From: an uncultured Candidatus Saccharibacteria bacterium
GTDB taxonomy: Bacteria > Patescibacteriota > Saccharimonadia > UBA4664 > CAZJNH01
Reading direction: 5' to 3'
DNA: 64,000 nucleotides
Assembly: GCA_964547425.1 (NCBI GenBank)
Contig: CAZJNH010000001.1
Location: 5,295-69,294, forward strand
The notes beneath the pieces are model-generated. The model was not told the DNA's origin, searched no databases, and was given only the letters and a program-made list of their open reading frames with translations. Below, piece by piece: positions 35,498 to 42,377 of this stretch. Each line of letters begins with the position of its first letter. The first letter of the stretch is position 1. The position numbers and the translations under genes are program-made.

Positions 35498-36580
35498 TTA
35501 TTGCATGTGGCCGTAGAGAGTCCATAGACCGTTGCCGTGGTCAATAACGATGTAGTGGCCGAAACCGTAAGCTTGGAAGCCGTTCATAATGATGTTGCCG
35601 CTGGCGGCGGCGTGGACCGGCTCGCCGTACGGGCCGCCAAGGTCGATACCGTCGTGGAAATGATACGACGGACAGCTGGCGTCATAAGCTTCAAAAGTGT
35701 AGGTGGTGCAGCCGAAGCCCTGATTGACCGTAAACTCATCCAGCGGCCAGCGCATTGAACTACCGGCGTAGTTGTTGGGGTTTTGAGGGTTACGGTTAAG
35801 GTAAACGCTCCAGTGAAGGTGGGCTCCGGTTGAGTTACCGGTCGAACCCTCATGCCCGATCACCTGGCCCTTAAACACAAAGCCGTACGATTTAGTGCTG
35901 CCGGTACCGATCATCGCCGAGATACTGGCAACAATCCGGTCCTCTTCGGCGCTCGCCTGTTTCAGCAACTGCTCGTAGCGCGACTGCTCGCCGCGCGTCT
36001 TGGTCAATAGATCCTGGATAGAGCGTTCCTGGGCCGCCAAGGCCTGTTTAGCCTGGCCAAGTTTGGTCATCTCCGCGTCCAGCTGCTTTTTGTCGGCCGC
36101 GATTTCGTCCACCAGCGCCTGAATCTTCATTTGCGAGGTCGTAAGATACTGCTGGCCGTCGAGGTACTGGCTGATGCTACCGGAACTGTAAAGCATCTCC
36201 AGTGGTGTCACCTGCGAATTAACGTATTGAGTTCTAACGTATTGGTCTAAAACTTTCTGCTTCGCGGCAATCCTCTCGTTGATGGCGTCTATCTGAGACT
36301 GCACGTCGTCGATCTCAGCCTGAAGTTTGGCGGCCTTATCCCGCATAATTCCCAGCTGTTGCTCCAGACTCGCGGCCTCGTCGGCCTTGGCGTTAGCCTG
36401 GCTCTTGAGATGCTGAACTTTGTTATCCAGGTTTTGAGCCTGCTGGGTCAGCGAGTCAACCGATTGGGCCCTGGCTACGGCCGGCGCCAAAATTAAAGCC
36501 GCCCCCAGCAAACTGCTGAATAAGCGGCGATAAAATCGTTCCTTGCCCAACTCCACGAAGTCTATTTTTACGGGACTCAT
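35498..36580 (-). CDS. Coiled-coil plus circularly permuted M23 metallopeptidase
   Basis: Signal peptide and coiled coil; GSTGNSTGAHLHW occurs before HDGID and the terminal TLYGHMQ. Confidence 0.85.
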   Translation of the reverse strand: MSPVKIDFVELGKERFYRRLFSSLLGAALILAPAVARAQSVDSLTQQAQNLDNKVQHLKSQANAKADEAASLEQQLGIMRDKAAKLQAEIDDVQSQIDAINERIAAKQKVLDQYVRTQYVNSQVTPLEMLYSSGSISQYLDGQQYLTTSQMKIQALVDEIAADKKQLDAEMTKLGQAKQALAAQERSIQDLLTKTRGEQSRYEQLLKQASAEEDRIVASISAMIGTGSTKSYGFVFKGQVIGHEGSTGNSTGAHLHWSVYLNRNPQNPNNYAGSSMRWPLDEFTVNQGFGCTTYTFEAYDASCPSYHFHDGIDLGGPYGEPVHAAASGNIIMNGFQAYGFGHYIVIDHGNGLWTLYGHMQ

Positions 36581-36717
36581 CGTTCCAAGTCAAATCGGAA
36601 TTTGCCTTGCCTAAGCCGAAAATACTCGGCTGGTCAAAAAAATTATCGCCCGGAATGGGCTTAAGCTAGGCAAAAATCCAAAATCGGACAGCGTTTGGAA
36701 ACACTTTTTTGGAATAT

Positions 36718-37797
36718 CTATTGAATCTGGCTTTTTAGATAAGCTTCGATGAACAAATCGATGTTGCCGCCCAAAACTCCGGCGGTGTCACTGGTCTCGG
36801 CGCCGGTGCGATGGTCTTTGACTAAGTTATACGGATGCAAAACGTAAGAGCGGATTTGGCTCCCCCACTGCTCGGTACCGCTCGATACTTTGATCTCCGA
36901 CAGCTTTTCACGGTGCTGCTCCTCCATCAACGCCGCCAGCCGGGCTCGCAGTACTTCCATCGCCTTCTCCTTGTTTTGCATCTGCGATCGCTCGTTTTGG
37001 ATGCTGACCGTCACCCTTGTCGGAATATGAGTAATCCTGACCGCCGAATCTGTGGTGTTAACCGACTGGCCACCATGCCCTCCGCTGCGAAATACGTCAG
37101 TCTTCAGATCCTTGGGATCAATTTCTAGTTGTGGCCCGCTGATCTGCGGCATCACCTCAACCAGGGCGAAGGAAGTCTGGCGCAAATGGTCGGCGTTAAA
37201 CGGACTTTGGCGCACCAGGCGGTGAACCCCTTTTTCGCTTTTGAGATTCCCGTAAGCATAGGGCCCATTAACCTCGAAGGTTACGCTTTTGATCCCGGCT
37301 TCCTCCCCTTTTGATAAATCCAAAACCTGAGCCGTGAACTGTTTTTTCTCCGCCCATCGCAAATACATCCGCTGAAGCATCTCCGCCCAATCCTGCGCGT
37401 CGGTGCCGCCGGTACCGGCATAAATCGAGATGATCGCTGAATCCTTGTCGTAGTTGCCTGCCATCTTTAGCTCAAACTCCATCGCCACAAACTCGGCCTC
37501 TAGCTGCTGGGAAGTTTTGCCAATCTCGGCCGCCATCGCAACATCGGCGTCTTCAAGTAGAGATAAGTTACCCATGATCTCGCTTTCGAGATTGCGCCAA
37601 CTTTCAATGTGCTTATTGAGCCGGGCGTGTTCGCTGGAAATCTTGGCGGCTTGGGCTTGATTGGACCAAAAATCAGGCTCCTGCATCTGCTTCTCCAGCT
37701 CAGCAACCTTCCTCTCTTCGTCCTCAATTTTAATTTGGACGATCGCCTGGCGAACCTCGGCCAGCAAATTCTCCAAATTCTTCCGCACTTCTTGCAT
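36718..37797 (-). CDS. prfB: Peptide chain release factor 2 (no programmed frameshift)
   Basis: GTGGTDAQDW, SPF, GGQSVN, WGSQIRSY; uninterrupted reading frame. Confidence 0.97.
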   Translation of the reverse strand: MQEVRKNLENLLAEVRQAIVQIKIEDEERKVAELEKQMQEPDFWSNQAQAAKISSEHARLNKHIESWRNLESEIMGNLSLLEDADVAMAAEIGKTSQQLEAEFVAMEFELKMAGNYDKDSAIISIYAGTGGTDAQDWAEMLQRMYLRWAEKKQFTAQVLDLSKGEEAGIKSVTFEVNGPYAYGNLKSEKGVHRLVRQSPFNADHLRQTSFALVEVMPQISGPQLEIDPKDLKTDVFRSGGHGGQSVNTTDSAVRITHIPTRVTVSIQNERSQMQNKEKAMEVLRARLAALMEEQHREKLSEIKVSSGTEQWGSQIRSYVLHPYNLVKDHRTGAETSDTAGVLGGNIDLFIEAYLKSQIQ

Positions 37798-37843
37798 CCC
37801 TCTATTCTACCTTCCCTACCCTACTCTGAGGAGCCTTCGCAAC

Positions 37844-37923
37844 CGCTCCGTAGGGGTATTATCCGAAAACGACCCTTGTCGCAACGTCGACCGGGGAGTT
37901 GAGGATGGTACCCCGAAAGGAGC
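37844..37923 (+). repeat. Structured dispersed repeat, copy 2
   Basis: Aligns with 22424-22501 with compensatory stem changes. Confidence 0.8.
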
Positions 37924-37936
37924 AAATTCCCAAACA

Positions 37937-37963
37937 AAAAAGGACTCCGAAGAGTCCTTTTTT
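37937..37963. terminator. Bidirectional rho-independent terminator
   Basis: AAAAAAGGACTC-CGAA-GAGTCCTTTTTT. Confidence 0.75.
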
Positions 37964-38024
37964 GCCTTGCCATCTCGCGACAAGCGCCATAGTTACGGGG
38001 CCGAAGCCCCGCGACTATATTGCG

Positions 38025-39176
38025 TTATCGCTTTAAAGCCTTAAGTAAGTCGCGCTTAGAGCGGATCCAGGCCCGGGCAGAATATCCCAGAGCGCTGAAA
38101 CCGACTAGGCCGCCAGCCGCGCCTTCGGCACCGGTCTGCGGCAATGGGCCGCTAGGCAGGTGGCCGCCGCCAACGTTACAGTTGACTTTGCAAACCGGGG
38201 GCTTGTGGTTACAGTTGAACGTACAAACCGGAGGTTTACAGTTGTTCTGCTCTTGGCAGGTAGGCGGTTTACAGGTGTTAGTCTGCTCACAGGGCGGGGT
38301 TTGAGTGACGATCTTTACGATCGCAACGTCACACCCGTGCTGGTTCCCGTTAGCAGTGAAACACGCTTGGTTAGTAATGAACCCGGCAGTACTTTGGGTA
38401 ACTTTGACGGTGATGTCAAAGAACTTCAGTTTACCGGCCGCAATGTCTCCAAAGTTGGATTGAATGTGGCGGGTGGACGGGTTGCTAACTAACTCAACTC
38501 CAGCGGGCAGATCGTCGGTCATAACCACGTTCTGCATTACTGAAGTACCATTGTTGGTAATGGTGACATCGTATTTTAGGGTGTCACCGGTGTTGACCTC
38601 AACGGCGTGGGCCTGATCGTCGGCGGCGTGGTTGGTGTTAGGGTCGGTAGTCTCATCAATCACACGCTTAAAGATCTGGCCGAACGGGGCGGAAATCTGT
38701 TTTACGGGGTTGCCGCAAGATTTGATGATCGCCCAGTGGAAGGTACCACCAGAAACGTTAACGAACGCCGGCAACGAGTTGCTGACGAACGACACTGAAG
38801 TCGGGCGCATCCACAGGCTGCCGTCATGGACGGAACCTTGCAGGAATTCGCGGCCTGAGCTCCAGACGTTGGTGGCTACAACGTGACCATTTACGATCAC
38901 TTGACCGCTTTTGGTAACCGAGCCATCAACCGTTGAGCTGGACAAAATGCCAGCCTCGGTGATGCCGCGGCCTTCGTTGTAATAGATTTGTTTTAGGTTG
39001 GCGGAGCTGTTTACTCCGTCACCTTGGTTAATACGTTTAACTAAAGTCGCTTTGTCGCCCGCACCACCGTTCATCACGGCGTTGGAGCTAAAGTCAGCGG
39101 CCAAAACATGTTTGGCGCCAACAGCAATTCCGGTCACTAGCGCTAAGGCTAGTAAAATTTTCTTGATCTTGAACAT
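38025..39176 (-). CDS. Secreted DUF11-like surface protein with Cys/Pro repeats and LPXTG-type sorting signal
   Basis: Signal peptide; GDTLKYDVTITNNG...NVVMTDDLPAG; four C-x3-5-C repeats; LPQTG plus hydrophobic stretch plus basic tail; AAGGAGG SD. Confidence 0.8.
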   Translation of the reverse strand: MFKIKKILLALALVTGIAVGAKHVLAADFSSNAVMNGGAGDKATLVKRINQGDGVNSSANLKQIYYNEGRGITEAGILSSSTVDGSVTKSGQVIVNGHVVATNVWSSGREFLQGSVHDGSLWMRPTSVSFVSNSLPAFVNVSGGTFHWAIIKSCGNPVKQISAPFGQIFKRVIDETTDPNTNHAADDQAHAVEVNTGDTLKYDVTITNNGTSVMQNVVMTDDLPAGVELVSNPSTRHIQSNFGDIAAGKLKFFDITVKVTQSTAGFITNQACFTANGNQHGCDVAIVKIVTQTPPCEQTNTCKPPTCQEQNNCKPPVCTFNCNHKPPVCKVNCNVGGGHLPSGPLPQTGAEGAAGGLVGFSALGYSARAWIRSKRDLLKALKR

Positions 39177-39287
39177 TAATGTTCCTCCTTTGAGGAAAAG
39201 TTTGTTAATTAATAGAAAGCTAGAAGCTAATCGCTAAAAGCTTTGTAAGGCTTTAAATGATGACAATGTCAAAGGGCCTCTGCCCTG

Positions 39288-39314
39288 CAGCCGAATAGTC
39301 AAAGATCTTCAAGA
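39288..39314 (+). repeat. Left inverted repeat bounding the accessory block
   Basis: CAGCCGAATAGTCAAAG (17/17) plus ATCTTCAAGA; reverse complement of 42160-42187. Confidence 0.75.
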
Positions 39315-39318
39315 AGTT

Positions 39319-39367
39319 CAAAAAAGTGAAACTCCCGGGAGGAGGAGTAAGTATCCTCCTCCCGGGT
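39319..39367 (-). terminator. Terminator of the three-gene accessory operon
   Basis: CCCGGGAGGAGG...CCTCCTCCCGGG 12-bp stem followed by AGTTTCACTTTTTT. Confidence 0.7.
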
Positions 39368-39389
39368 TACAGCTGATGCTGCGTTCGCT

Positions 39390-40322
39390 CTACGCGCTTC
39401 CGGCACTTGTGCCGTTGCCCGTAGAGCATGTGCCGTCCCCATTTGCGTGGGCATTGGGGTCGGAACAGTTACCGCCGCCCTGGTTCTGGTCCGGCTGTTT
39501 GCCGTTGCTGACCTTCCCAGGACCGTTGGTGTCACCCGTTGACGTCGGGTTGTTCGTCGGCTTGGTGTTGGTTGGCGTTGTTGTGCCACCGCCACCGGAC
39601 GGAGTCACCACGGTTGTTCCGGGGCTAACCGGAGTTACCGGTGCTGACGGGACCGTCGTCGACGTCTGCGGAGCCGTATTCCCCTGCGGCGACGAGGCTC
39701 TGTGGGGAGCCACGTTGCTGTCAGGCGTCGGTGCTTTGTTGGTCGACGGCGCGGCCTTGCCTTGCGGCTTGGCCGGTGCCGACACCTTCGGCGCCGGTTT
39801 GGCAACCGGCTCCGTACTGGTGCTGCGACCCGTGACCGTGGCAGCCGCGAGGGCCAGTACGATCAGCACCCACCAAGGCTTTCGGCGCTTGCGGGACCTG
39901 GCGGTCTCGAGCGTCGTGGTCTTGGTGCCCTGCGGCAGAGTCAGAACCTGAGTCTGCATTGCGGTCGTGTCGCCACGAGCCGTCCTGCGAATCAGGTCTG
40001 TGGCCACCGCCGTGACGATCGCCTTCTCTTCGACCGTCAGCCGTGGCTGGGGAGCCAGGTTGACCGTGCGAACCGCGAGGTTCGCGTCGGCCGTCGGCTC
40101 GACGATCGTGATCTTCGGCACCGGCCGGGTCGCGGTCTGCGCCTGCTGCGGAGCGACTCCCAACATCTGGGACAGCTCCTCGTTCAAACGCGAATCGCCC
40201 GGGCGGTCACCGAAGTGGTGAAGCCGCCTGATCTCCTCGCGCTCGAGCTCCTTCTCCGCCGCCTCCCGCTCGATGCGGACTCGGAGAGGATCCTTGTGCA
40301 GCGTTGAGCTTGCCATTGTCAC
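39390..40322 (-). CDS. Hypothetical bitopic membrane protein with Pro/Thr-rich stalk and Cys-loop tip
   Basis: RKRRKPWWVLIVLALAAA TM; low-complexity P/T/S region; C-terminal CSDPNAHANGDGTC; GGGGAGG upstream. Confidence 0.75.
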   Translation of the reverse strand: MTMASSTLHKDPLRVRIEREAAEKELEREEIRRLHHFGDRPGDSRLNEELSQMLGVAPQQAQTATRPVPKITIVEPTADANLAVRTVNLAPQPRLTVEEKAIVTAVATDLIRRTARGDTTAMQTQVLTLPQGTKTTTLETARSRKRRKPWWVLIVLALAAATVTGRSTSTEPVAKPAPKVSAPAKPQGKAAPSTNKAPTPDSNVAPHRASSPQGNTAPQTSTTVPSAPVTPVSPGTTVVTPSGGGGTTTPTNTKPTNNPTSTGDTNGPGKVSNGKQPDQNQGGGNCSDPNAHANGDGTCSTGNGTSAGSA

Positions 40323-40327
40323 CTCCC

Positions 40328-40927
40328 CTACTTTGATCCGGCGCTTTCGCCGCCGGTAACGCAGTTGCCGTCACCATCCGGATGGGTGGTATCGGCCGGA
40401 CAGGTCTCGCCGTGCTGGGCATCGGTTACCCGCTGCCCTTGGCTCTGGCTCGACGATGACGATGCTGAACTTGAATCGCCGCTCAGTGCCGGGAGGTTGG
40501 CTAATGCGCCGCCCGACCCGGAACTGCTGTTGCTACTCGAACTCGAACCGTTGGTTGCGGCCGAATTCGAGTTTGAAGCGTCAGACGAGGTACTGGAACT
40601 GCTTCCCGGAGCCGCCGTCGCCGATGGTTTCGGCGTGTAAATCGGCATCTGGGATGAATCGGTGGCCTTGGACGCGGGATCGAACACCGTGTGCGTCTTC
40701 GATCCCAGGAGGAAAAACACCCCGGCGATCGCGACGAACAAGAAAGCCACCCACGCCCAACCCTTGCGGTTTGCGGGCAGGAAGCGCTTCTCGTGCTGCT
40801 CACGCATGTCGATGTTCTGCGTCTGGTCCGGCGGCGTCTGGGGCACGGCGGGGATGTGTTGCGTCTCCGCGTGTGCCTGGTCATACGCTGCAGCCCACTC
40901 GTTCCGCTCTTCGGTACCGAGTGCCAC
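40328..40927 (-). CDS. Hypothetical bitopic membrane protein with Ser-rich stalk and Cys-loop tip
   Basis: RKGWAWVAFLFVAIAGVFFLL TM; poly-Ser region; C-terminal CPADTTHPDGDGNC; TAGTG overlap with the upstream gene. Confidence 0.75.
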   Translation of the reverse strand: MALGTEERNEWAAAYDQAHAETQHIPAVPQTPPDQTQNIDMREQHEKRFLPANRKGWAWVAFLFVAIAGVFFLLGSKTHTVFDPASKATDSSQMPIYTPKPSATAAPGSSSSTSSDASNSNSAATNGSSSSSNSSSGSGGALANLPALSGDSSSASSSSSQSQGQRVTDAQHGETCPADTTHPDGDGNCVTGGESAGSK

Positions 40928-41958
40928 TATGCCTTCACCTCCTCGTACGTGTGTGCGACGGCCTCAAGGATCTGATCTCTGTCGTAGCTGTCGTGGGCTT
41001 TGGTGAGTTCTTTCATCAGCTCACCTCTGTCTCCACCACCTCTTACGGCAGCGACCATCACGTTGACGGCCTTGAGGAAATCCTTATCCAGCCGCCAGGC
41101 GTCCTTGTCCTTTTTCTTGCGCCGTTTCGGCTTGTCGGGTTTGGAACCGTTGCTCGACGGCTTGGACTTGGAGTTGTCCTCCGGCAGCTTAGGTCGCTGC
41201 TGGAGCACGTCATCGCGGAGCTGTTCGATGTGATGAACGAACTCGCTGCGCGCGTTGTCGATCAACTCCTTGACCCGGTCGCCATGGCGGCGATCCCGGC
41301 GGTCAAGTTCGTCTTGGAGGCTCTTACCGAAATCGGTAAGCAGTTCCTCCACAACGGTTCGGATCGCGGCGATCGAGACAGACTCGTCGCCGGCCCGATT
41401 TGCGTCCGGCTTACTGCCCTGCTCGACCACTACGTTCCCCTTTCGGTTGGATTCTGGCCTGATCCGCAGCCCCTCGGACTCTCTCAGAGAGTCTGCCAGC
41501 GTGCTCGGGAGGAGCTCTCCCGACATCAATTGTTTCGCTACAGCGGTCTCCGGCTTGTTGGCCGGATCCTCTTGACGGCGAAACTCGGCATACTCTCTGA
41601 GGTACGGGACAAACTGCAATGCTTCGCGGAGGGCGTTGACGGTCTGGTTGCGCGAAGCACGTTTCGCGTTCTCATCGAGATCGCGATAGTACTCCAGCAA
41701 CCGTTCGAGCGTCTTCACTGCCGCCTTTGAGGGCTTTCCTGAAAACTTCACGTTCTCCGGCAACATCTCCCCGAGCAGGAGCTTGACCGCTAGTGAAGCG
41801 GCCTTCTCCTCTTCGAGATTAAAACCCGGCAGTTGCTCGACTAGCTCCAGCATATTGCCGAGGCAGTCGAGCTTTGCTTCTTCATCCAAGTTACCGGCGG
41901 CATCCTCTTTCTGGTAGGCCGCGGCGCCTTCTCGGATGACTTTTTTCACATCCTCCAT
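40927..41958 (-). CDS. Hypothetical cytoplasmic helical/charged protein
   Basis: 343-aa ORF with GAGGAGG SD; no recognisable motif. Confidence 0.75.
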   Translation of the reverse strand: MEDVKKVIREGAAAYQKEDAAGNLDEEAKLDCLGNMLELVEQLPGFNLEEEKAASLAVKLLLGEMLPENVKFSGKPSKAAVKTLERLLEYYRDLDENAKRASRNQTVNALREALQFVPYLREYAEFRRQEDPANKPETAVAKQLMSGELLPSTLADSLRESEGLRIRPESNRKGNVVVEQGSKPDANRAGDESVSIAAIRTVVEELLTDFGKSLQDELDRRDRRHGDRVKELIDNARSEFVHHIEQLRDDVLQQRPKLPEDNSKSKPSSNGSKPDKPKRRKKKDKDAWRLDKDFLKAVNVMVAAVRGGGDRGELMKELTKAHDSYDRDQILEAVAHTYEEVKA

Positions 41959-42070
41959 CCCACCTCCTCATCCGGTAACCCAATCCGCCAATCAGGCGAA
42001 ACTTATTTTTCAAAGTTTTGCGCCCAGTCGGGCGAACAAGGCCTCGGTTTAAGAGGCGATTCGGTGATGC

Positions 42071-42144
42071 GTCTGTAGACAGTAGCCTGCCAGCGCCTTA
42101 CCTGGGCGGCAAGTAAGGGTGCTGGCAGATTGCTGCCTACAGAC
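42071..42144 (-). other. Long (~30 bp) imperfect RNA hairpin in the operon leader
   Basis: GTCTGTAGGCAG/CTGTCTACAGAC, CTGCCAGC/GCTGGCAG and CCTTACTTG/CAGGTAAGG; G-U pairs on the minus strand. Confidence 0.65.
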
Positions 42145-42159
42145 TGTTTTGGTTTTAGG

Positions 42160-42187
42160 TCTTGATTGACCTTTGACTATTCGGCTG
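42160..42187 (-). repeat. Right inverted repeat bounding the accessory block
   Basis: Minus strand CAGCCGAATAGTCAAAGGTCAATCAAGA matches 39288-39314. Confidence 0.75.
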
Positions 42188-42303
42188 TCAAGGACCCGCG
42201 TTTTGGCAAAAATAAAACCCCGGGTCAAGCCCAGAGGATTGTTTGGTCCGCCCACATTATGTTGGCGATCCGCCTCACAGCTTGCCAGAACGTGAATGCG
42301 ATA

Positions 42304-42332
42304 AGCCTAGCATAATTCGTCAATCTTGTCAA
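42304..42332 (-). promoter_or_regulatory. Sigma70-type promoter upstream of the accessory block
   Basis: TTGACA-17-TAGGCT with extended TG; terminator-like hairpin at about 42207-42237 downstream. Confidence 0.6.
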
Positions 42333-42377
42333 TGCTTATTATGCTTTATGCCAAAACTCTTATGGCTTTTTGCCAAA

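Noticed and set aside
39376-41730. Long plus-strand ORFs (191, 201 and 424 aa)
   Set aside because: Antisense shadows expected in GC-rich coding DNA; the minus-strand genes have SD sites, coupling, TM topology and a terminator.
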